Assembly: GCA_016748015.1 (NCBI GenBank)
Contig: JAAOMT010000786.1
Coordinates: 64,050 to 128,049, forward strand
Direction of reading: 5' to 3'
Origin: Geosiphon pyriformis uo1
Taxonomy: Eukaryota > Fungi > Glomeromycota
DNA: 64,000 bases
Shown here: in pieces, positions 52,241 through 64,000 of the stretch
How the letters are laid out: each line of letters begins with the position of its first letter
Position numbering within the stretch: the first letter of the stretch is position 1
Position numbers and translations under genes: made by a program
The notes under the pieces: generated by a model
Seen by the model: the letters and a program-made list of their open reading frames with translations, nothing else
Told to the model about the DNA's origin: nothing
The model's database searches: none

Positions 52241-55200
52241 TGTTATTCATAAAATTAGGAATTATAATAACAGATAAAAATAGCCAATCAGAAATAGGCA
52301 TAGTAAAAAAAGGAATTTCAGAATTTTTTTTGAAGAATTACAGAATTCCAGAATTCCAGAATTTTATTTAAGAAATTGCAGAATTTTTAAAAATTTTGTA
52401 TAACATAAATTATATATATATAGTGAAAGTATTAAAAACAAAAAAAATAATTCCAAAAAAATTCAATAGAGTTTAAATTAATTTAGAACAATATTTTTTC
52501 TTTTAAAAAATAGTTTTCTATAACTTGAAGTAAAATTATTTTCATATTAATAAAATTATTTATTATTATTAAATACATGTTATTATTACTTAATTAAAAA
52601 AATATTAATCTATTTTATTCTATTCACATTCTATGTTGATAAAATTTAATACTTAATCATACTGAACCAATAGTTTTTAATTATGATTATTAACAGAATA
52701 CTAATTTTTTATGTTTTTTTTGTTTTTTTTTGTTTTGTTTTTTTGTTGTTTACTAATTAATTAAAAGAATCAAACACTAAATATTTGATGTCAAAGATAG
52801 TCTGATAAAAAACCCAGAAAAAAAGATAAAAATTTAAGAATGACTTACCAAAAGAACATAACTGTCAGAATAAACCAGCCATTATGCTAAAAAAAAATTC
52901 ACAGAAAAAACCATTAATTAAATTTTTGTTAATTATACAAAAAACTTAACCAAAACTTTTAGACTTCAAAATTTTCAAAAATTACCAACATTACCAGCTA
53001 TTAAGTACTAAATAATTACCTGTAATATTTGGTGCTTTCTGTAAAGTATAATCTAACAAAAAACCAGCACTAACATCAATCATCTAGAAAATTAGCAGAC
53101 CAAAAAATCATAAAAAAAAATTATTTAGGATTTGTAAAATTCTTATTTTAACATTACCAAATTTATTTTAAACTGATGAGTAATTATTAACCAGCAGAAT
53201 TAACTTTCAATTTCTATATTAATAAAAAAAATCAAATCTTATTTGAAAAACCAAAAAGATCCAAAAGCCACTTTTAGGAATTTTTACAGTAAACTATTAC
53301 AAAATACTACACTTTTACCAAATCATCTGTTTGTACCACTAATTACAGAAATAAACAGAGAAATTGAGCATTACACTTAACAAAAATTTTTTATTATCTT
53401 CATAGACAAAGAAAAATTACAAACTCTAGAAGAAACACCAAGGAAAATACAACTATCTATTTAAAAGAAACCAAAAGTCATTTTATCTATTCACTTATTA
53501 TATTATTATACACTAGAAAGTACTATTTACATAACATCAGCAGTCATGTCTACAGCAGTTGTAAAAACACTATTAGCAAGAATACTATTCCAAAATAATT
53601 AGAAAAAAGCCAAATTATTAGAAACCTATAGCAATTTCTTTGAAAAATTTAAATTGTAACTAACAATATCATTAAAATTTCAATCATTATCATCTCAACC
53701 AAATTTTGGATCTACCAGTTATTAGAAAAATACTAAATTAGAAGAAAAAAAAGACTATAATCAAAGAAATAATAACCAAAATCTGATTTTAATTAATCCA
53801 AAAATTATAACTCTAATTGTTCAAATTCAGCCAAACTTAAACAATTCAAACCTTATTCCTATTCTTTAGCAAAACTTATCTTCAATTATTGTGATTAATC
53901 CATTAGTTGTACCAATTGCTGTATCACAACAACAACAATTTGTATTAATAACATATATATCTATTGCCAAACTAAAAAAATTTACCAACAAAGAGAACAA
54001 CACTTAAGCATGGCTAAACAATGTAAAAAAAGCCATCATAGCCAATAAATAAGACAATATTAGAGCAATTCAAGCCATTCCATACTTTTTCTAAAATACT
54101 GTTAACTTGTAATATCAGAATTTTGTAAACAAACCTCAAGATTTTGACATGTTTAAAACCATGTTTTTATGACATTTCAATAATAATAATAGTCTAAATT
54201 GCTTGTTAACTAATTTTACTATGATTAAACAAAATGATATTAAAGCAGTTACTACTTACTTAGAATGCTTTTACAGAAATCTGCACTAAATTCAGACAAT
54301 TTAAGCTGACTATTTTACAGTAACACAGATTTTGAACCAGTTTATTTATGGATTACATAGTAGTTTACTATAACAAATATGCCCAATGCATTTAAATACT
54401 TTTTAAAATACAGTAACACATGCCAGAAATTTTGAATTAGCTAAACTTAAAGCCAACTATGTCTAAGCTGTAAATTTAATTATAAATAGATTATCTGAAT
54501 TGGATTTTAAACAAAAACAATTCAGTAATTTTATTAATCAGAAAATAGAGAGATATTTAGCTAGCAATTAAGCAATTTATCAGCCTTTATAACATTATGA
54601 CAATTAAAAAAACTCCAATTGTTTTCAAAATTAATTGTGTTTATTATCAGCAAATTAACTATGGCAACAAAAAATACATAATTGTTATTATTGTAATAAA
54701 CAAAACCATCTAAAAGCAGATTGCTGCTTTAGATTTAATAACCAATAATTAAAAAATTAATATCAAAATCTTAATTGCAGGTTTTAAACTCAGAACTATA
54801 TTAACTATTTGTTATTAGAATCATACCAACCCTATTATGGACCAATGATGCAATAATCAATATATATATTTCTAATTTATTAGACTTTAGCATTAGTAAT
54901 CTATTAATCACAGCCACAAATAATTTATTAATCCCAACCAATTCAAATACCACTCCAAAATTTAGCTCAAATAACAACCAAAAATCAAAGACTGAAAATT
55001 ATACACATCTAACAAAACTGGCAATCAGTAATAGTAAGGCATTAACTAATTTTTAATTTGTTAAATCAGTTATCAAGATTATGTCAATAAAGTTTAAGAA
55101 ATAAGTACACTTAAAACCCAAATTTCCAAAACTATTTAAATTTCTTGGTTATTCCAAAAAACAATCTATTCAATAATTTGAAAACCAATTTAATACTACT

Positions 55201-55837
55201 CATTAACAATATTCTATTAGCAATAGTTATTAAAGACAAATTAATTACAGTCATTTTTTCATTCGAATTTGAAAAATTCTCCACAACATTTCTTTTTAGT
55301 AGAACTACTTTTGACATCAAACTAATCACCATTATATATACTAATGGTAAAATCAATGGCCAATCTGTTAAGCTAATTCTTAATAATAAATTAGCAAATA
55401 GTATTATCACATAACAACTTATAAACCAACTAAGTTATTGAATTGATTATATTGCCAACACCAAAATTATCACAGCTGATAAAATGAACAAAACTCTTAT
55501 TGGTAAAATTAATAACTTTTTTTTTGAAGTCAATAGTATTATTATATCCATTAAGATTCTTGTTATAAAAGTCATACAGTACTAAGCTCTTATTGGTAAT
55601 AACTGGCTATTCAAAATTAATGCCATATTCAACCAGAATACTCAAAAACTACAGCTTAATTAAGATAGTTAGCAAACTTAAATACCAGTTATCTATAACC
55701 ATTTCAAAACAAACACAACTATTCAATTACCATTAATTAAGTTTGAAAAAAAAAAAACTTACTTGGAAAGCCTATTAAGTCTTATGATTAAAGATGAACA
55801 CAACAAACTGCCACCAATATTCCCTTGGGATGACAAA

Positions 55838-55869
<32 letters not shown>

Positions 55870-57209
55870 ATTGCAAGCTACCATCTCTACAAAAGAAACA
55901 AATAATAGTTAACACATTTCATACTTATTAAGACTAAAAAAAAAACCACTTTACTACTAAGATCTAGCATTTATTTGAAAAAAACAAAAGCAGTGTTTAG
56001 AACAATTAAATGCTAAATTCTGTAAACATTGTCTAATTCTCAATGACTTTAAATATTGTAATAATTATAACCTCATTTATAATCTATTATAATACATAAT
56101 CTATTTAATTTTTGAAAAAAAAAAACCAATTAACAACTACATTTTGGAATCAAAATTAAAATTTAATCCCAATTTAAACTCTGATAATAATGACAACAAT
56201 AGTTCTAATTTTGTTTACAATAACAATAACAATAATGATAATTCAAACTTCAATAAAAACTTTAAACAATATATTATGCTTCTAGATCTTTTATAGAAGC
56301 AGAAACTTAAATGGTTTAGTAATAATAATGAGAGTATTATGTCAAAACATGTACATAATATTGATGCTGAGTTTAATCTTAGATCTTCAGGAAAAAAAAC
56401 TGCTATTAGATTGAAATTTTACTTATATATTAGTATAGATTTAGAAAATTTAAGAGATCTTAACAAAGCTCAATATTAAAAAAAAAAAATAATGTTATTT
56501 ATAAAAATTAGAAATTATAATAATAAATAAAAATAGCCAATTAGAAATAGGCATAGTAAAATAACATAAATTATATATATATAGTAAGAATATTAAAAGC
56601 AGAAAAAATAATTTCAGGAAAATTCAATAAAGTTCAAATTAATTTAGAATAATATCTTTTTTTTCAAAAGATAGTTTTCTATAACTTAAAGTAAAATTAT
56701 TTTTATATTAATAAAATTATTTATTATTATCAAATTCATATTATTACTTGATTAAAAAAATATTAATCTATTTTACTCTATCTATACTCTATATTAATAA
56801 AATTCAATACTTAAATACACTGAACCAATAGCTCTTAATTATGACTATTGACAAAATACTAATTTTTTATTTTCTTTTGTTTTATTTCTTTATTGTTTAT
56901 TAATTAATTAAAAAAGTTAAGTGTTAAATATTTGATATCAAAGATAGTCTGATAAAAAACCCCAAAAAAAGAGTAAAAATTTAAAGATAGTTTACTAAAA
57001 AGGCATAATTGCCAGAATAAACCAGCCATTATGCTGGAAAAAAAAATTAACAGAAGAAATTATCAATTAAATTTTTGTTTATTATATAAAAGACTTAACT
57101 AAAATCTTTAGACTTCAAAATCTTCAAAAATTACCAATATTACCAACTATTAAGCACCAAGTTATGAATTTGTTATTTGTTTTAACACTCTAAATAATCA
57201 TTTATAATA
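52241..57209 (+). mobile_element. Two-LTR Gypsy derivative (family 1) lacking RT, RH and IN; TSD GCAT
   Basis: LTRs at ~52241-53027 and 56493-57209; PBS TGGTGCTTTCTGT; gag, knuckle, protease and dUTPase start, then a jump to the pre-PPT motif GCTCAATATT. GCAT at 52237-52240 and 57210-57213. Confidence 0.9.
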
Positions 57210-57619
57210 GCATAAACATTTGTATAAATATAAAATTAATATTAATTTTATGATAAAACAAGTAAAATAAAGATTAATAAGAGAAAAACTTTTTTTTACA
57301 GCTAATATTTTTGTTAATAATATAATTTAAATAAAAAACAGTCAAACTTTGACACAATATATTTTAAATATTGCTAGCAAGTTTTTTAAGATCAATAATA
57401 TTTCTATTAACAATAATAAAACAATGACTATTTTTATTAATTGAAAGGTTGTAAATGCTTTTTTGTATATTAGTAATTAGTCAATTTTTATTGTCAAACA
57501 TAATAAATCTTATAAGTACTTAGAAATTTTTTTATTAACAAAGAATATATTTAAAGTAAACTTTATTAAAACATATTTAGATGTTAAATTTTTTTCAAAT
57601 TTGGTTTTCAGAAAAATGT

Positions 57620-60600
57620 TGTTACAGGTAATTATTTGGAGTGTTGAAACAAATAACAAATCTGTAACTTGGTGCTCAATAGTTGTTAATAATAATAATT
57701 TCTGAAGGTTTTTATGATCTAAAGATTTTGGTTGAATCTTTTGTATAATAGACAGAGATTCAATTAAAGGTTTTTTTTGTGAATTTTTTTTTAGCATAGT
57801 GGCCAATTTATTTTGGCAGTTATGCTCTTTTAATAAGCTATCCTTAAATTTTTATCCTTGTTTCTAAGTTTTTTACCAGACTATCTTTGACATTAAATAC
57901 TTAGTACTTAATTTTTTTTAATTAGTAAACAACAAAGAAAACAAAATAATAAAAATAAAATAAAAATAAAATAAAAAATAAAAAATTAGTATCCTATCAA
58001 TAACTGTAATTAAAAGATATTGGTTTAATGTAATTAAATATTAAATTCTATCAATATAAAGTGTTAATAGTGTAAAAATAATTAATATTTCTTTAATCAA
58101 GTAATAATAACATAGATTGGATAATAATTAGATATTTTATTAATATTGATATAATTCTACTTTAAGTTATAAAAAACTATCTTTTGAAAAAAAAAAGTAT
58201 TATTGTTTTAAATTAATCTTAAATATTTTTTCTGCTTTTAATATTTTTATTATATATATATAATTCATATTATATAAGATTTCTTGAAATTTTTTAATTT
58301 CTTTAAAAAAAATTCTAGAATTCTGGAATTTTAAAATCCTTTAATTTTTTTTTATTATGCTTATTTTTAATTGGCTATTTTTATCTATTTATTATAATTC
58401 CTAATTTCTATAAAAAAAACTCTTTGTCTCCTTAATTTTATGACCATGACCAGAGCAAAGAGTAAAAAAGCTGCACCTGATATCTAATAAAATTTCAACC
58501 AGAGGAGCTTTCTCTGTTGTAGAAGCAACTAGGCAAAATGTTTTGGAAGCCTTCTCTTTATCCAGTAATCGTGATAAGCTGCCTTTGGTGGCTGCTAAAG
58601 CAACTTCCTCATCTTTGGCTGGTTTCTCACCAGTCAAAGTTCTCTCAAAGAGACACACTTGGATTAGTTTCAGTGTTGCCTCTACCCTGACCAAGAGCCC
58701 TAAAGTTTTTAATAACAGACCAGTAAATAAGCTGGTCTTCCCCTCTATAAGTTCAATACCTGGTGCTTCTAGTACCACTTCTTCAAAAAAAATAATCAAA
58801 AAGACCAAAAGCTCAGAAAAATGGGAAGAGTCGCTTGTCTCTGCTATTGTTACACTGAACTTTTTTGTGGTTCCCAATGAGATCTTAAATGAGATCTCCA
58901 TAGCATCATCTGGCACATCATCTAAGATGGGCTAAGATTAACCACTGGCTGTATTGCTAAACGTGGTGTCTTCCAGCAGATTATCACCAGTTTTAGAAGC
59001 AAAACAATCTCCTTTTGTTAGATTATCTGTTCTTGGGAACTGGGCTGATCAAATGGAAACTGATTCATCTCCTCCTCTAGTTTCTGGTGCTCCTTCTGGT
59101 GGTGCTTGGGAAACTATTACTAGTTGTCAAAAGTTTACTGAATGGGTGGCCTCCACTCTGGTGTCTGGTGCTACTTTTAAGATCAAATTGGCTCATGTTA
59201 AGGCTGTTTTTCAGTCTGTACATGGTTTTTTGGGTGCTAAATCTGTTTCAAAAGACAATGTAAAGCTTTTCTGTATGGAGTTTGCTTCTCAACAGTCTTT
59301 AGAAGCTGTATTTCTGGTTGAGCTTACAAGCTCTGTTTATTTGGCCACTTTTAAAATTACCAAGTCTTTGGTGGTTTCTGAATCTGGTTCCTCTTCTGCT
59401 GCTGTTGCACTGCGTGATGTACCTTTGGGTGTGTCAACTGCTGATATTAAGATGGCTCTTAGTGTATTTGGTGAAGTTGCCTGTGTTGTGCTGAAGCCTG
59501 CTGGTGTTTGGCAGTATGTAGTTGTTTACTTTAAGAAATTGAATGCTGCTACTGCTGTTCTCAATTATTGGTCAATTCTGATGAACAAAGATAGTGTTAG
59601 AATCCTTCCAGTTATTAATCAGAATGAGGCCATTCTGTTTCATAATAGGTTTAAGGCCAAGTTGGTCAATCTTCCTTCTGGCTGCACAGCTTTTGAAATT
59701 AGTGATATGATTTTTTGAGTTGGTGGGTGAACATGCTTCATCCCTCAATCTCCTGATTCTGGTTGTCATTCCTGGTTTGCTTTGGTTATATTTGACTCTC
59801 AAGATGATTTGGATTCTGCTGTAGTTAAGACTAGTACTCTAAGGAAATGCTGCATCTGATGGGAAACTCCTGGCTACCAGTGCTGCTTTAGGTGTTAAAA
59901 AGTAGGGCATCTGGCTGTAGATTGCAAGGTTTTCCTGTCTCCCACATCTAAGGTTCCCAAGATTTTCAAGTCTCATTTTGTGGGTTCTGCTTTATATGCT
60001 AAGACTGCTGCTCTTTTTGGTCTTTCTGAGTTTCTTCCTTTGGTGGCTCTTTTGGTTGCTTTTGCTGCTGATTTTGCTGTTAGTTCTAGATTGAACTCTT
60101 TGGAAAAGTAAATTTCAGATTTGGCTGCTCTGGTTAAGTCTATTGTTGAGCCTGTTGGTTTTTTGGTTGCTTTGGTGTTTTATCTTTTTGATGATAATGC
60201 TGTTAAGGCTGTTTAGGTTGAGAAAAATATTATTTTCATAAAGAGTGCTGCTAACAATTTTGTTAATCTCATGGTTGGAGTTTCTAAGAACATTGCTTGT
60301 TTTAGATCTGAGGTTGACTTTGGTGGTATGGATTATAATGGTATGCTGGCTGCTAAGCCTTCTTTTTTAAGTGAAGACACTATTGAGCATGTTATTGCTT
60401 TATGGCGAATATCTAGTACTGAAACCAGAAGCAATATTAAATCTACTAGATTGTTTCTTAGTGAGTTTATTTTTGACTCTAGGAATCTGAATAGTATTAT
60501 TGAGAGAATTTGTAAGTTGGGGTTATTCTTACCTACTTTTGATTCAGCATAGTGAGTCCTTGATTGGACTGAGTGTCTGATCATGTATAGAAAATGCATG

Positions 60601-60705
60601 ATTTACACCTATAATGTAATCTTTTTTGTGGTATTATAGTTTTAGGTTGTATTTGGGTCTCGCTTATTAAATAATAATAATAATAAAAATTTTCTATAAA
60701 TAATA
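57620..60705 (-). repeat. Solo LTR, family 1, interrupted near its end by an ORF1-only retroposon
   Basis: TGTTACAGG at 57620; LTR runs to 58413; its last bases (TTCTATAAATAATA) reappear at 60692-60705. Confidence 0.82.
58414..60688 (+). mobile_element. ORF1-only non-autonomous retroposon, copy 2 (full length, with TSD)
   Basis: Same 5' start (ACTCTTTGTCTCCTTAATTTTATG) and same end (PTFDSA*, tail, (TAA)n) as copy 1. Flanked by AATTTCTATAA and AATTTTCTATAA. Confidence 0.88.
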
Positions 60706-62417
60706 GAGTTATCAAATATACAGTTTTTTTATTTGGTCTTAATAGTTCTTTAACTTATAGTAGACTATTAGACATAGTTTAATTTTATATCTAAAAATAT
60801 ATATTAAAAATAGAATAATATAATTAGAAAAAAGTTTAGATCTAAAGCCAATTTGCCAAAGAATTTTTTAACAAAACTTTGCACTATTTATTTTTATGTA
60901 GATTGAAGTTCTTTAAACAGATGTAAACAAAAAACAAAGTGGTTTTAGTAATTTGGTTTTTTAATATAACTAAAATTTTTGGCCAATTATTTAAGCACCA
61001 CTTTTTAGATTTACAAGTTTTAAGATGAGTACTTATAAACTTACTATAGTATTTAATTATGCTAAAAGTCAGCCCAGTAAATAATTATTTGGTAAACATT
61101 ATAAAAATTTTTTAGATAACAGGATTTCTTTGATCAACAACTTATTTAGCATGTTTTATGGTTTTTACTACTTTTTAATATTTAAAATATTGGAAAATTT
61201 TTATTATTTTAAAATAGTTTACTCTTTAAAATGTTTTAGTATTGTTTTAGAGACAGATTATTAGATAAACATAAATTAGTTATAAATTAAAAAACTTTTC
61301 ATTATTAGAAAAAATTAAGTCTTAAAGATCTAATACTATTGTAATTTAAAAAAACTTCAATTTATATAAATAATTTTTTTGTTATACTTGATAAAATTGT
61401 TTTTATCTCTGGTTGCTTAGATTTTTTATGTTTAAAAATTTTTTTAAATATTCAAAAACATTTGTATAAGTTATAAACAAGTGTTTTTAATATTTATACT
61501 AATAGTTTATTAAAGTACTTAAATATTATAAAAATAATTAGTAAGACAACAACTTGTTTTTTTAATATTGGGTCAGATATAAGTGTTAAAATACATAAGC
61601 TATTGTTTTAATAATATTAAAATTGCAAAAAATTGTCTTAATATTAGAGTGCATTTTTTTTTCTGTTTAATAATTTTGTATACAAATAGCCAAGTTTTTA
61701 TAAATACATGTATTTTAAAACTTAAGCTTTATTTGCTTAATTTTTAAAACAAATATTAGGTAAAAAGATATTATATAGCTAATTTAATCAAGTCAAAAAA
61801 CATTTTTATTAAATAAGTAAAAGTCAAGAATTATTTAAAAGATATAAGCAATAATTAAATTAATGTCTTTATATATAATACTATATAGTTTTGTTTTACT
61901 TTTTTTGTTAAAATTTATAAAAGATTTATTATAGCTGATAATCAAGTTATGTCAAAAAATGCTTGTTATTTTGTTTGCAATATTTATCAAACTGTTTGTT
62001 ATACTTAATAGAAAACAAATTTAGATACAAGAGTTGTGGATAGATTAGTAATTCAGAATATAAACTGAGTGAATACAGCTGTAGTTTGGCATTCAGATTT
62101 TTACATGCTTTTAGAGTTTACCAACAAAGCTTTAGCTGTTTTTTATACTTATTTAATAAAAGCAATTTATAAAAAACTATTGATTGTAGTTAGAAAAAAC
62201 TTTATAACAAAAGTTATCTAAATATTTTGTATTTAATATATAATAATGTTAAACTGCCTGATTATGTTTCTATATGTTTAAAAATTGTTTTTGTACACTT
62301 TGAGATTTTGTTAAGTTATATTAAATTGTAAAAATTTTTGATAAAAATTTGTTTTTTATTGTCTTTTTTAGTATTATATATATTTTTTTTAAGGATTTTA
62401 AATATTAATGTTTATAT

Positions 62418-64000
62418 TATTACAGGTTGGAGTAACAAGCTAATGGATAGCAAAGGAAAACAGGATTGTAGAATGATGGAAATAATCAAAGGGGAATTCA
62501 ACTTTAAAGAGTGAATTAAATGAGTATGGATTCAATGTACAAGATCAGTCTCATAAAATATCTCAGTTGCTATTTTTTTCAAAAGGTAACAAGGGAATCT
62601 AAAGATAGAAAAATAGTCCATACTGTCAACAATTGATAACTGCTGGTATAATTCTATGCCTCACGTCGGTGCTTTTAGAATTCAATATCAGGTATCAACT
62701 TGTGCTTTTCAGTCACGTTTATTCAAATAATCTTCAAATACTACAAATATATACATCAAGAAAAGGCCAATAAGTAATCTTTTATCCTAAGATGTTCAGA
62801 TACTTGAAGATAGGGAAAGGGAAATTAGCGATAAAAGAGTGATTAAGATAAAAGTTATTATTTTTATTTATTTGATTCTTGTCTAAGAGATGATTTTCTA
62901 TAGCTAAAAGACTCATTGCTTATATAGCTATTGAAAGTGGTCAATGACCAGGTCAATGATTACTATCTAAAAATAGAGTGGCTAATTATATGACATCAGT
63001 AACTAATACATGTGATAACTAATAAAAATTATGGGTTTCAACTATAACATCATCCTCTTCAAAGAGATTGAGCTCCAGCAAAATCAAGCTATTTATAGGG
63101 TATTCTAATTGAAGATTTTTGTCTAACTCAAAACTAACTAGTTTGTTGAAGTCTTTTGTGGATAGAGTATATAGTACTTGAGGCAAAATAAGCTTTGTAT
63201 TTAAGAGACCAAATCTTTGTATAAAAGTTTTGGCTTTTTTTGCAATGGTCAAAACTCTTGGGACATCTAAACATATAATGCCCAAAATTTCCACTTGTAT
63301 CTCTAAAGTTGTTTTTTTCATGAGCTTCATTTCTTCTATGATTTCACCAAGACGACCATAGAGTTCTAGTTGTCTTCCATATGACAAGTTTTTGTCAATA
63401 GGCAAGATTTTCTTAATCGTTTTTCCAATTGTCATGGAAGGTATAAGTATTGCTGCTATTATGCTTTCCAGCAAATACTTATCTATTTTGCTACCAATTT
63501 TTTTTCTTCTGGTAGTTGTTTTCTTTGGTCTAATAACAGTATGTGTTTTACTGTTATCAATTATGGTGATTTGTTTTCCAATAGTCAGAGTAGTATTTGG
63601 ATATTTTTTGATCCAGTACTCATGGAGAGTGTAAAAAGCATTTTGAATGTTTTGATCTAGAAAATAATTGTTCATGTCGATTGAAGATACCTCTGTTTTG
63701 GGAATGGTGCATTTATTTATATCTGATTTTTGCTGATCATTTGGGTTGGTATTACCACAACAGGTAACCAATCAGGTCGTTTGTGATATTTCTTGAGTTG
63801 TGTGTCATGAACAGAGCGATCACTAAATATTGTTCTATATTGATCTTGTAGGATATATGAATTATTGTTCAAAACTTTGTTGACTATAAAAGGTCCTTTC
63901 CAGTGGCTGGAAAATTTATCACCATAGACATTGTCTCTGTCTGAATGGTATTTCAAAACTAAGTCACCAATACTTAAGGAAAGTATTTTATAAGTCTTTT
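62418..64000 (-). mobile_element. Ty3/Gypsy element, family 3: integrase C-terminus, ORF3, PPT, 3' LTR (62418-63049)
   Basis: GPY/F motif DKFSSHWKGPF..YIL..VH..QLKKY; PPT GAAGAGGATGA followed by TGTTAT; LTR ends TGTAATA at 62418. Confidence 0.85.
63019..63771 (-). CDS. Intact ORF3 of the family-3 Gypsy element; unknown function
   Basis: Stop-free 250-codon frame directly after integrase, reading through the PPT into the LTR. The true start is probably an internal ATG (MNNYFLD). Confidence 0.65.
   Translation of the reverse strand: MVTCCGNTNPNDQQKSDINKCTIPKTEVSSIDMNNYFLDQNIQNAFYTLHEYWIKKYPNTTLTIGKQITIIDNSKTHTVIRPKKTTTRRKKIGSKIDKYLLESIIAAILIPSMTIGKTIKKILPIDKNLSYGRQLELYGRLGEIIEEMKLMKKTTLEIQVEILGIICLDVPRVLTIAKKAKTFIQRFGLLNTKLILPQVLYTLSTKDFNKLVSFELDKNLQLEYPINSLILLELNLFEEDDVIVETHNFY

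Larger units (their letters stand above)
51284..62417 (+). mobile_element. Heavily decayed LINE ORF2 (RT to RNase H) in three pieces: 51284-52240, 57210-57619, 60706-62417
   Basis: Decayed RT motifs SIVLIKTTKKI, LQNMYKAYNLV and FVNNI (from FVDD). The RNase H and C-terminal region is similar to 6488-7300 and 31400-32400. Confidence 0.75.

Noticed and set aside
60576-60605. Hammerhead ribozyme in the retroposon tail (CUGAU..GAAA)
   Set aside because: The core needs CUGANGA, stem II, then GAAA. Here it is CUGAUCA and the GAAA sits in a hairpin loop.
63019-63771. Retroviral env gene
   Set aside because: Too short, with no signal peptide, Cys-rich ectodomain or C-terminal transmembrane anchor.

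Overview
Eukaryotic, AT-rich fungal DNA. Spliceosomal introns, the gene content and the transposon types point to an early-diverging fungus, probably Glomeromycotina or Geosiphon-like (inference only). A compact ~15-kb island of nine intron-containing genes (10.7-25.8 kb) encodes ILV3, QDPR, an LMW-PTP, a Gfd2/YDR514C/QIP-like DEDD exonuclease, MAK3/NAA30, CIA1, an OCA1-like phosphatase, an RRM/RGG protein and a Fic1/Inn1-like C2 protein. The rest is a nested, C>T/G>A-decayed transposon landscape. It holds Ty3/Gypsy elements of at least three LTR families (one with a dUTPase; 4-bp TSDs), solo LTRs, RNase H-encoding LINE remnants, a pogo/Tigger element with internal cargo, a hAT end, and a duplicated DUF6589-like unit. 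Strongest candidates for an undescribed system: (1) ORF1-only non-autonomous retroposons (3 copies, 2 subfamilies, one with a TSD) that encode no RT but share a 3' stem-loop tail with the autonomous LINEs; (2) a non-env third ORF downstream of integrase in two divergent Gypsy lineages; (3) RIP-like, non-CpG-restricted hypermutation confined to repeats; (4) exchangeable U3 repeat modules in otherwise homologous LTRs. All alignments and splice models were made by eye.
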